Below are positions 22,914 to 33,824 of a DNA stretch of 38,180 nucleotides, in pieces. The stretch is from positions 1 through 38,180 of the forward strand of contig CALSCP010000858.1 in the NCBI GenBank assembly GCA_943704425.1. The letters run 5' to 3'. The notes under the pieces were generated by a model. That model ran no database searches and was not told where the DNA came from. It was given only the letters and a program-made list of their open reading frames with translations. Within the stretch, counting starts at the first letter, position 1; each line of letters starts with the position of its first letter. Origin of the DNA: Ministeria vibrans ATCC 50519. Taxonomy: Eukaryota > Protista > Filasterea. The position numbers and the translations under genes are program-made.

Positions 22914-24372
22914 TCAGCAAGTGCTGAGGAATGTTTTCGTGGTGTGGATACGACGTCTGCGTGCCCTTGGCGCACACCGAGAGCGTCGCCACCTGCACCG
23001 CTCGCACCACCGCCTCCCCCAGCTCCATCGCTGCAGTGCCCCCACTCCGTGACAGATAATATGCCAGAGCCCCGACAAAACAGTCTCCCGCACCCGTCGT
23101 GTCAATCGCACTCACTCTTAAACAAACGAGAGACGACAAGTATTAAGACGATAAGCTTTTTCTTTGGTTTTGTTCCTGTCTAACTTTTCCTGAGGCGCTG
23201 CTCTGCCATGACCACCGTTGGTTTCGCTCCAAAATGCCCCACTGCTACCTAACGTGACCACCACGGCACGTGCTCCTCTCTCGTGTAATTGCTTTACTGC
23301 ATTCGCCAGATCGTCCGGATTAATGGCTGATTCACTGCCCACCGCAATTCCAGTGATGGTTTCGCATTCGCTCTCGTTCACACACAGTATGTCACAAAGC
23401 TACACGAAAGTAGAAGTGAGAAGTCGAGTGGTTTGCGTTGACGACCCAAGCGTACTTCAAGGAGAGTGTCCCATTCTGATCTGGTAATCTGCACAAAGGA
23501 AAAAAAGGTGTGAGATGGACACAACGGTGCCATTCGTGTGCATGTTTTGTGTGTGCTTAGTGTGTGTGTGCTTAGGGTGTGTGTGCTTGATGTGCGTGGT
23601 TAGTGTACTTTGTGTGTGTGTGTGTGTCTTTGTGGTGTGTCTTTGTGGTGTATTTTTGTAGTGTGTCTTTGTGGTGTGTCGTAGTGGTGTGCGTGTGTCG
23701 TTGTGGTGTGCTTAGTGTGTGTGTTTTGCCGTTTGTTTACATCGAGTCGCGCAGGCGCTGCGTTAAAAATAGTCTTCGTCTCGTACGCACGGGCTGTTTT
23801 CAACGCTGCGATGGTTGTAGCAGGCAAGATCTCAAGCTGACACACACAGACGGTGGCAAGCGCAATCGTATTCGCATGATCCGCAACATGTTCGGCCGTC
23901 AGCTTTTCATTCGCTCCCAACGCCACCACAATCACATTCCCACCTGAAAGAAAGAAGCCGGAAGTGAACGCGAGGCACCAAAACCCCCAAAAGAGAGAGA
24001 GAGAAAGAGAGAGAGAGTGTGTGTGTGTGTGCGTGTGTGGTGCAGTGCGTGCTCACCGCTCTGGTCGACAATGATGGGGGCAACGCCCGTCGCACTGTCA
24101 GCGCACGTCAACACACCGTCGACACAGACCTTGTTCGCTATGAAATTATCGCGCGCATCGCGACCAAACGAATCGTCGCCAACCATGGTGATCATGGCCA
24201 CCGACGCCCCCATGCGCGCTGCCATGACCGCCTGGTTGGCGCCCTTTCCACCAAAGCCTTGCGAGAAATTCTCACCTCGCACTGTTTCGCCCACCACCGG
24301 AATTTTAGCCACATAAGATATCAGATCAACGTTGGTGGATCCCACCACGACGACGGATGCTTGGGCGGCCAT
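22909..24372 (-). CDS. RBKS: Ribokinase (PfkB family)
   Basis: VVVGSTNVDL; GFGGKGANQAVMAARMG; VGDDSFG; CQLEI; FNAAPA; VNESE; IDTTGAGDCFVGALA; KGTQTSYP. Confidence 0.94.
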
Positions 24373-24387
24373 ATGTTACCAAAAAAT

Positions 24388-24399
24388 TGAAAAATCAAA
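24388..24399 (-). promoter_or_regulatory. Candidate core-promoter or 5'UTR motif TTTGAYTTTTCA (representative copy, upstream of RBKS)
   Basis: Similar sense-oriented copies lie 5-35 nt upstream of six ATGs (see findings). Confidence 0.45.
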
Positions 24400-24508
24400 A
24401 ATGTTAAATGGCTGATCGATTTGTCAGTCACCTCAGTCTGCTCACTCTGCTCTCGGATGACTATTGACTAATCACTTTCCTTTTGACTTTCGTTGCTTGA
24501 TCACCAAC

Positions 24509-25161
24509 ATGGCTCGCATTTTGTTCCTGGCTGTTGCGCTGGGAGTGTGCCTGGCGACCGTGGCGGTTGACGCCCAGCTATACCAACGTCAACACTCGCT
24601 GCAAAAACCCTACTTTGGTAAGCGATCAGCGCTGCTCGCCACGCTACGGCCAGCACCATCGGTGCAAGATGGGAGACGCGTGCACTCTGCCGCGCTCGCC
24701 CTGCGTGGCGATCGCCCCGTGGCTGCGGTGCGGTGCGACAAAGCCGGTCGGTTGTGTTGACTCTGGCGGCGTTCGCCCGTCAACGGGCACGTGATGCGTC
24801 CCTGGCAATTTCCATGCCCTTCTGCTGCCACAAGTGTTTGACGGAGGCCTCTTCCCGCGCCCTCGCTTCAGCGATCAGCCTGGATATCGTCAAAATCCCT
24901 CAGGATTTCAACATTTCTGCTTTTTTATTTTTTCTTTTTTTTCACTTCTGGACAGGTTCTGGTCTGGACATTCCGTTCTGGGACTTTGGGGGCTCCACAG
25001 TGGTTTCGAGCGACTATGTGCGACTGACACCGGATCGTCAATCGAAGCGCGGGATGCTGTGGAACAACATTCCGTCGAACATGGGCAATTGGGAGATGTC
25101 ACTTGAGTTTCGTGTACGTGTCAATCTCACAATGTGTCTTGTGTCGTGCACCACTGAGCGA

Positions 25162-25196
<35 letters not shown>

Positions 25197-26396
25197 GGGG
25201 TGGTTGCAGGTTCACGGTCAAGGCACACGTCTATTTGGCGACGGATTTGCCTTTTTCTACGCCAAGGAGAAGATGCAGGCTGGTAAGTGCGCCAAGGAAA
25301 CACCATCGCCGCTGCTCATCATCCTGGTTTGATAGGCCCCGTCTTTGGAAACCGCGATGAGTTTACTGGCTTGGCCATCTTCTTTGATACTTACTCAAAT
25401 CATAACGGAGTGCACAACGTAAATAGAGAATGAGAGAGCGACAGGCACATAACCCTAACCTCGAAACTCGTACAGCACCGCCACCCGTATGTCTCTGCCA
25501 TGGTCAACAACGGTAAGCAAAAGTACGACCACGATGCCGACGGCACACACAATGTTGTCGCTGGCTGTGAGTTTTTCTTCCGCAATCTCGATCAACGTAA
25601 GTAAAAGAGTCAAATGAATTAGTAGTTTTTGAGTTAGTGCCGTCTCACACACAAATTTGCAGCGACACGAGTGCGGATTGCGTATCAGGACCGGACACTG
25701 ACGGTGCACCAGCAAATTGGTGCAACCGACTGGGACAAATGCTTCCAGACGGAGAATGTGTATTTGCCAGTGGGTTACTACTTTGGGTTTACTGCGGCCA
25801 CTGGAGAAGTCGCTGGTACGTCACATACACACTTAGCACACAAAGCACGCACGCCTCTCATTTTCTCTATCACCTTGTTTCTCTCTCTATCACTCTTTTT
25901 TTTTTTTATCGCGTCGTTCCTCTTTCTATTCTACATCGCTTCGTCTCGTTTCTTCTCTCTGTTTTTTTCTTCCTCCTCTCTTCTATCTCGCGATCACCAT
26001 TTTTTTTTTGTAATATTAGACAATCATGACATTATTTCGGTGCGTACATCGCAACTGACTGCGAATGAACCGGAAGACGCCCTCTCCGTCAAGAACGAAG
26101 TGCCCTTTATTGCGTCGATTGGCAATGAGAAGGATGTGCCCCGCGCACCCCACGAGGCAGACCGAGGTACACAGCACACACACGCACACACACACACACA
26201 CACAATAGATGCTTACACAGCTGTGTCTTTCCCACCTTTAGAGCACGTTGATCCTGTTGCGCCCATCCGTACCGCCAGTGTCACAGGCGTCACCATTATT
26301 GTTGTTGAGGTGGTTGCCGGTCTTCTCGTTGTGTTCCTCGTTGTTGTCTTTGCCCGGATGAAGATGAAGGAGCGCGCTGCAAAACGCTTTACATAA
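24509..26396 (+). CDS. LMAN2: L-type lectin VIP36/VIPL (LMAN2-like), type I membrane protein
   Basis: Signal peptide; QHSLQKPY; WDFGGSTVV; VRLTPDRQSKRG; GDGFAFFY; GPVFG; IFFDTYSN; YFGFTAATG; DNHDIIS; C-terminal TM and KRFT* tail. Confidence 0.92.
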
Positions 26397-26504
26397 AAAC
26401 TTCTTGTCTTTTTTTGTTCATTTTACGCTGTCAAGTGAGGAAATCGTATGCCGTATCTTCGGTGGGGGTGGCGGAGCTAAACGTCCATTGGGGTTGTTGT
26501 TGAA

Positions 26505-26565
26505 GCGATCAAGTTGGTAGACTGGTTCAGATGGCTGTGGTGAGTTCGATTCCCTCGCCACAGGA
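26505..26565 (+). other. tRNA-like or Pol III-like element (degenerate; not a complete tRNA)
   Basis: D-loop-like AGTTGGTAGA (26512-26521) and B-box-like GAGTTCGATTCC within a 10-bp hairpin, ctgtggtgag/ctcgccacag. No full cloverleaf can be drawn. Confidence 0.3.
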
Positions 26566-26773
26566 GCGCGCTAGTGCTTTGAGCTGCAAAGGATAGAATA
26601 AATAGATAGATGATACTTGTAGACACTCAAGCAGAGTAGAAAAAGCGAGTGAGAATTCACATTTATTCACTTGAGACTAAGAAACGTTTGTTTATTATTG
26701 ACATTGAGTCTCGATTCTCTATTAATTTTATTTTCCTATTACGAATTTTTTCATCACTTTTCACTGTCCCGAC

Positions 26774-28046
26774 ATGAGTCTCCTCCTCTCACAAGCATAC
26801 GACAGTAGCAGCGAGGAGGACGATCAAGAGGAACAACAAGCTGAAAAAGACACTGAAACGTCAATAGATGTGCAAGTCAAAACATTCCTCAGCGAAGTGG
26901 ATAGCATTCTCCCTCCAGATGCCATTGTGCCCTCTGACAGCGTGCCTGCCGAACCCACGACCGCCCAGCAAGAGTCGCCTTCCCTGGACCAGAGACGCGT
27001 ATTCCCGTCCCTCTCCACCCAACACGTTCCTTCTCACACTCCCTCCTCCCTTTCCTTCCGCCGTAGCGCCCCCCTGGGCCGCCTCCTCGCGACCCCGGCA
27101 TGAATACACAGTCATCAATGGAAAAAAGCCCCTGGGAGACCCTGTGGGACCCAGACAGCCACGGTGGGGGCTGTGCAAGCGCAGTGGATCGTGTGCTGAC
27201 TCCGACCGTTTTGCGTAGCGCTGTACTTTTGGAACACTCTCACGGACCAAGTGACCTGGAAACGACCAGAGGCCCTTGTGCTGCCATCCGAACCCACCGA
27301 CGATTGCACAGGCAGCGCAAGCAGAGGCAGCAGTGGCGGCACGCGAAGAGCTTTTGGAGAGCATGGGTGTGATGCAGGAGAAGCTACGCTTTCTAGGGAC
27401 AAGCACACGGCTGAGCGACGCCGACCGCTCGAGCGTACGCATCGCCGTACATCGCGACAACCTCCGTCGCAACGCCGTGAGCGTCGAATACACGCAACAG
27501 TGTCTCAAGAGCGATGCCGAGACCGTTGCGCGACTCGAGAGCGAATCCATCGTGCACAACGCTACCGAGTTTACACGCGAGTGGCAGTCCTCTCACAAAT
27601 GCTATGCGTTTCGGTCGCGCACCACCAACGAGCTTGTGTGGGCTCTCCCGTCCGTGCCTCCACCTCCTCCCCAAATAACCCCTCCACCGCCCCCTCCCCC
27701 CTCCGATCCTGAGACAACTCCCTCCGACGACCACTCCAGAAAACGAAAACGCTCAACGCTCACCCCGGCAAAACTCAAACCTCCAACCAAAAAGGTCATC
27801 ACCCTCTCCCCTCTTTCTTTTCTCTTTGAATCGCTTCTCATTGTTCCATATGTTTTACACCCACAGGTGAGCTCACTGCTCGAGAAATGGTCTTCGCAGC
27901 AGAAACAGCAACAAGAGAGGCAGGGGACCGCCGACCAGTCACCCAGCACTGCGAAAAGTGCGGAGCAGCGCTGGAAAGACCGTCTCATCCAGAGCGGAAA
28001 GGCCAAATTCAATGCCAATTTTGAGCCTGTTGGATCGCGAAAGTGA
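26774..28046 (+). CDS. FNBP4: Formin-binding protein 4-like (two WW domains)
   Basis: N-terminal LLSQAYDSSSEE; spliced WW1 SPWETLWDPDSHALYFWNTLTDQVTWKRP; KLRFLG segment then a degenerate WW2 (EWQSSHKCYAFRSRTTNELVWALP); C-terminal SLLEKW...RWKDRLIQSGKAKFNANFEP resembles the FNBP4 tail. Confidence 0.8.
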
Positions 28047-28377
28047 CTCGTTGTAAAAGGAAATATAATATCTTAATGTAACTTTTGTGATATCTTTTGA
28101 TTTTTTTTTTCTTTCTGGGTGAATTTTGGTTTTTGAAATTGGGCATGAGTACATTCTGACTTTTTCATTTGATAAATGAATTGAATAATTTTTCAACTAC
28201 TTTTTTTTTCAGTACGTACTCAAAATAAGAAAGAACTTGTATTTATCTTTTTATAGTATCTGACTATCTGTCGACTGTCTTAGACTCTCAGAGCTGAGAA
28301 CTCAATCATAATTATTTTGTTTTTATTCGACTCAGGAGGAAACGATAATTATTAGTCAAGGTCGAAAAGTCATCAAA

Positions 28378-28807
28378 ATGAATAACATGTCGCTTCTCAG
28401 CCGTGCCGCCACAATTCTCTCTCGAGGCGGATCACCATCATGCGAGCCGCATTGTAGTAATGGTAGCTGTAAGTCGAACGCCTCTCGACAAGGTTCTGCA
28501 AGGTTAGCACAAAATACACTGAATATTTTTTTCTCGACCAACCCTTTTTTATAGACAGATTGGCCAAGAAGTGGCGACTGGAATTGGCTCGAGCATTGCT
28601 GCAGATTTTCTCAAAGGCGTGTGGCACAGAGTTAAGAACGGAAGCGGTCGCGATCAAAATGATAGAGAGCGTGAACAACGCGCAGACGAGCTGTTGAGAG
28701 TGAACGACGACAACAGTATTTGGTGGCTAAAGGCGCACGCATGGACAAGCACCGCCATTGCGGTTGTAGCGCTTGCCGCAGTTGCAATTATAAAGAAAAC
28801 AGAATGA
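28378..28807 (+). CDS. Small unrecognised protein (~125 aa) with a C-terminal TM helix
   Basis: aaaATG at 28378; intron about 28503-28554 (gttagc...ttatag) joins in frame to the ORF at 28571-28807, which ends TAIAVVALAAVAIIKKTE*. Confidence 0.55.
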
Positions 28808-28814
28808 CATAATT

Positions 28815-29498
28815 TTATGATAAAATGACATTGGGCGGGCGTTCGTCACCAATCCATTTGACAACAAGTAGTGAGGCTGGCAGGAGGCGGGCTTGGACAA
28901 GAGTAAGCGACGGGTCAAGGGGCGTGAGCGACGGGAGTTGGCCAAGCGTGAGAGAGCGCGCAGTGGGCGCAACACATTGCGTGCGGATAAACTCGATCAG
29001 GTCACTGACACACTCGTCGGCACGAAACACGCCTTGCACAAGCACACTACTACTGCCACTACTGCTACTTGGTAGTGGAAGGCGAAAGCGGAGACACCCA
29101 AATGCGTACTCGACGGGTTTCCCCGCACTCTCCTGTGCATCCTGTTCGCGCATCGCTCGCGTCCGCAGCTGTGTCGACCGTTCGCTCTCCAGCACCAACT
29201 CATCGCGTCGCCGTCGCAAATCAGCCGCACTCAATGAGAAGAAGTCGCGCGAGAGCGAAGGCGCCGCCGATACATGAGAGGAAGAAGAGGCCGACGAGGA
29301 GGCTGCGTTGATCAATTGTGCGTCTCGATAGACTTCAGCCGACTGTCGTGCGACAGTGTCCGTCAATGGTCCTTCAACGAGTCGCTCGCGAGCCATTTTC
29401 AGACGGTCGCCATCGGCGGCACTCTCAAGGCTCATGCGGAAAAACAGATCGCGTGTCCCGTCCTCCTTGCTCTCCTCCACGTGTTGAAATCCTAACAA

Positions 29499-29565
<67 letters not shown>

Positions 29566-29574
29566 AACAGACAG

Positions 29575-29668
<94 letters not shown>

Positions 29669-30727
29669 ACACACACACACATACATATACATATATAAAG
29701 AGACCAATGAGAATGTGACAAGTCATTTTGTGCCCTGTCTGTGAATACCAATGGCATTGAGAAAGGACGATGCGCCCGACACAACGGCGACACGCTCAAG
29801 GAAGATTTTGTTCGCAGCGGGAAACCGATGGTATTTCGTCTCGGTGGGGTGTGCAAGGACATTGTCAATGTAGCGCGTAAGAACAGCAATGCATCCTACA
29901 AATGCATCCAAGTAATAAGACGAGACTCGAACGACTCAACAGATACTCAAGCCTTACCTTGAATGAGGGCACTCGCATTCTGTTCGGATCCTTTTGGCTC
30001 TGCGTGCGTGTGAATGAGGTGGATGGCCATTTCAAGGGGATCGCAATCGCGAAAATGGTCACAGAAACGTGGGGAAGGGAAAGGGGCGTTGCAACTAGGA
30101 CACACCAGCTGCACCGTCTGCTGCAGCTTCTCGTCGCGTTTGACTGCACTATACATATACAAGCAAAAAGGGTTGCTGACATTGTCGCACTATCGTACGT
30201 GCCCCACACCTCTTGTTGCCTGCCACCGGTGGACTCACAGACGACGAGGGTGCGTCCGAGGGACTCTGTGCACTGCGCGCAGACCGTTGCGCGTTTTGAC
30301 GGCCCTCCTCGCGAGCCTACACACTCACTCCCCCCACATCAACACCCACAGCACACTCGCCAGTCGCAGCGCACCTTTTCAAGATCCAAACGCTTGGGTC
30401 TGACCACAGCATCGCGCGCCGGCTGCTGTTCGAGGCGTTTCAAGGCAGCCTACGCCGAGAGAGGGCGGTGGGGTCGGTTCGCGAAACTGCACAGACGAAC
30501 ACGAAAAGGAGCACTCCGCATACCTCTGCGGCACGTGCCTGCGCCGCATTGGCTGGTCTTGGTGGTGCGGAAGAAGACGACCGTGCAGCAGCAGCAGCAG
30601 CAGCAGCAGCGGTCGTGCCCGCTCTGCTCTGCGTGGATGAACTTGAGCTTGCGTCGCCCAGCTTGTGTCCAGCTCCCGCTCCTTTGAACCTTTTATCGAT
30701 TTTTCGTTGCTCGAAGAACTTTTTCAT
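28815..30727 (-). CDS. UBXN6: UBX domain protein 6 (VIM, PUB and UBX domains; p97 cofactor)
   Basis: MKKFFEQRKIDKRFKGAGAGHKLG N-terminus; VIM-like AQARAAEAALKRL; PUB with RYIDNVLAHPTETKYHR...NKIFLERV; QLRTRAMRE; UBX with LRFRLP...VQGVFRADE...LLPASLL. Confidence 0.9.
29495..29697. repeat. Compound (CAGA)n(CA)n microsatellite in a UBXN6 intron
   Basis: Seen directly. Confidence 0.93.
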
Positions 30728-30926
30728 GGGTCTTCTATGGACAGTGTGAAAAAGTTGGAAGAAACAAAAAAGAAGATACAAAGTTTTTAGTTTTTACATC
30801 TTGTTAATTCGAATTCATTGATCATTCGGTTGGGAAATTATATCGTAATACTTATGGGGTGACAAAGTACAAACTGAGAATATATATTGTAGTTGTGAGT
30901 TGTCACTCTTGTCAGATCTCAGAGCT

Positions 30927-31382
30927 GCCGTCACTCGCCAATCGTCACTCGGACTGCAGCGAAAGCGCAATCCCCAAATTGGACATGTACAAAATTCCGG
31001 TGCAATTCCCTTGTCTCACCTGAGAATTGGCGCTCAACAGAAGCGCAATCTCATGGTAACGAAAGACGTTGGTATACGCATAAGCACTAGTTGGTGTTTT
31101 GCCAAAGGATCAACACGAAGATCGCCCAGTCGCAACTGCACTGTGCTCCAGTAGCCATTGCGGGCACGCCGATCGGACCGCGTCGTTGTCGCAACAGCAC
31201 CTCCAAAGCAATGGCACACTCGTCTTCCTCGTCATCGTACACAGGCACGTACAGCAGAGTGAGGAAGCCCCTGAGGATCACAGCTTCTGCCATTGTTTGT
31301 TTACGCCGCTCAAAGTCAGCGCAATGCGAGCCGTGCAGCGCGCAATGAGCTCGCTCATCTCATCAAACGACAGGCAATCCAT
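30927..31382 (-). pseudogene. Probable disrupted F-box gene
   Basis: ATG at 31382 gives MDCLSFDEMSELIARCTARIALTLSGVNKQWQKL, which resembles an F-box, then TGA at 31278-31280. Protein-like sequence continues in shifted frames. Confidence 0.4.
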
Positions 31383-31496
31383 ATAAGTATGTATTTCAGT
31401 CAAGAGTTAAGGAGTAAAAAGACAATTTAAGAGAAAGTAAGAAGAATGAGAAACTTATTCGTTTCTCAACTCTCACACTTTTTGACTTTTCCCAAT

Positions 31497-32457
31497 ATGT
31501 TATCGCGCATCCGTTCAATTGTCCCGCCCTTGACAGCGTCGCTGCGTAAGGGGCAGATGGGCCGCATTGGAGTCCTCGGAGGCTCTTTGGAATACACAGG
31601 CGCTCCGTATTTTGCGGCGATTGCGGCCCTTCGTGCAGGCGCTGACCTCGTTCACGTGTTCTGCACGCACGACGCGGCGCCCGTCATGTACGAGCCGCTA
31701 TGAAGGCATGCGTGCCATTCAGTGTGTTGTCTGACGGCTCGCCGCATCCTTTCTCTCCCTCAGCAAGGGCTACTCGCCCGAATTGATTGTGCATCCGCTT
31801 CCGCAATACGACGCAACTCTGTCGGACTACTCATATCATGCTCTCGCCGCCATCCATCCCTGGCTGGATCGACTCGATGCGCTAATCATAGGGCCCGGCA
31901 TGGGACGCGACGTGCGTCTACAGACGCTGGCCAAGATCATTGCCAACGATCTCTCGGAGGGTACCGCTCTCGTGGTGGACGCCGACGGGCTCCAGGCACT
32001 TGTGGTCAACGGCCTGCTACCCATTCGCTTTAAACAGGGTCCCCTCTTCCTAACTCCCAACGGCGGCGAGTTTTTACGCATGCGCCAGAGCGAGACGGAG
32101 ACAGTCGCACAGATGGCTCAGCGTCTCAACGCCACTGTCCTGGTCAAGGGCGCCATCGACGAATTCAGCAGTCCCACAGGCATTGTCGAGCACTGCGACA
32201 CGACCGGTGCTCTCCGTCGTTGCGGTGGCCAGGGCGACCTCCTGTCGGGCCTCGTAGCACTTTTTGCAGTCTGGTCGCGTCTTACGCACCCAACGCAAGA
32301 TGAAGAGAAACGCTCTCTCACAGTCTGCCTCGCGGCATCACATGTCACGCGCACTGCCGCTAGACTCGCCTTTGAGAAGCACGGCAGAGCTATGGGTCCC
32401 CACCATGTCCTCGACCAAATCCCCTATGCTTTTCGCTCAGAAATGGAGTTATTATAG
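31497..32457 (+). CDS. NAXD: ATP-dependent NAD(P)HX dehydratase
   Basis: [25 protein letters not shown]; GADLVHVFC; [11 protein letters not shown]; IGPGMGRD; VVDADGL; LTPNGGEF; [12 protein letters not shown]. One intron. An upstream in-frame ATG lies at 31446. Confidence 0.94.
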
Positions 32458-32494
32458 TAACAGTCATGAATATTTTTCCATTCTTTTCGTTCTT

Positions 32495-33824
32495 TCACTT
32501 TGACTGAAGGACAGTGACGGTATCGCCCACGCGTATGGTGCCGCGCGTGCAGTGTGGCACTGCATTCATTCCAAACATTGGTCGTTTCTCGACCGAATGC
32601 GTCTCAATGAGTGTCTTTCGCGGTTGGTCTGTTTTGCTCTTTTCGCCCGTCGTCTGATCCACATTGGGAATACTGCATCGCTCGCACTGCTTCACGACCG
32701 ACATGGTTGTACTGCCAATCTCAATTTGTGTCCATTGGTCTTCGCTAAATCCCTCGCACCCTACAAATTGTGCGTGTGTGCTTTGTTGTCCCTGTGTATT
32801 TTGTTGAAGTTTACCGTCAATGACAATGTTGGGACGGAAGTTCTCCATCGCGACCTTTTTGGTGAGGTGGGCATTGGTATCGTCAAGAGATGCCACTGAG
32901 GCAATCTGAAAGAGAAAAGGGAGAAAAAAAAAAACAAAGTAATAAAGCGAGCGAGAGAAAAATAAATTAATGAAGTGTGAGTGTCTGTGTGTGTGTTTGT
33001 GCGAGACGCACTCGAGTAGGCGTGTGCCCTTACAAGAATGGGATACCCATCGGCAAAGACAGTCTCTGTGACGGGCAAATCCTTTGAGGCAAATCCTTCT
33101 TCGAGGGGTCGCTTATGGTGGCCCTGGGCGTACGCAACAAGACGGTAGCGCACCGTGTCCGCCTCGTACTCGCGTCGAAGGTACTGCGTGAAGAACGCAT
33201 CGGCTTGGTCGCTGACCAGGCGTGCCATCATCACATCGTCCCACACAGACACTACATGGGCATGGCATGCAGTGAGGCAAATAGATATGACTGAAAGAGA
33301 GGGTAACCTTTCACAAGTTCGTCGTCGCCAGGCGCACTGTCAGGGTCAAACAGCTGCACCACAATGTCCTCCTGGCCCGGCGCGCAAACTCGAAGTGTTT
33401 TCCCTTCGTACACAGGAGCCACAAGTGCCAGCAAAGGCTTTTCACGCTGCGACACGAACGGCAGAGGCTTGTCCGCCTTGCTGGGATCGTCTTTGACCAC
33501 CATGAAGCGACGGTCGCCGGAGATGCCATACTCGTCGAGCGCAACACTGTCGACAGAGACGCCGCGACAACTCTTCACGGGGTGCACCTTTAAGGAAGAC
33601 ACCTTGAGGGGCCCTTGGCGTCGAGCAGGGCGCGTCGGTGTCGGTGTCGGCGTCGGCGTGCGACGTTTCGCGGTAAGCATCTGAAACAGCGCGACGACCA
33701 GCACGGCAATGGCCACACCAAGTACAAGACGAAGTTCTGCAGATCGCATCGCCGCACAATGAGGCGGTGCATTAGGCGGACACTCGCCCGTGACGAGCAT
33801 GCGGACGGCGTTCAGGACGTCCAT
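32495..33824 (-). CDS. MOSC-domain molybdoenzyme (mARC-like) with an N-terminal membrane anchor
   Basis: VSSLKVHPVKSCRG; DRRFMVV; SQREKPLLALV; FADGYPIL; ASLDDTN; NFRPNIVI; EDQW; CERCSIPNVDQTTG; FGMN; GTIRVGD. Confidence 0.92.

Noticed and set aside
24618-24955. RNase P/MRP RNA or a TPP riboswitch in the LMAN2 intron
   Set aside because: Only partial look-alike motifs; the P4 halves are not on the same strand and there is no CUGAGA/CCUGAU core.
25450-25460. TAACCCTAACC, resembling a telomere repeat or telomerase template
   Set aside because: Fewer than two repeats, and it coincides with a CTAAC branch point in a short LMAN2 intron.
26352-26361. GCCCGGATGA, identical to the 5' end of animal tRNA-Sec
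   Set aside because: It lies in the LMAN2 coding exon (ARMK) and no tRNA-Sec arms follow.
30880-31280. Selenoprotein or TGA reassignment for the F-box-like ORF
   Set aside because: No canonical SECIS can be folded downstream, and TGA terminates FKBP, SBDS, FNBP4 and MOSC normally.
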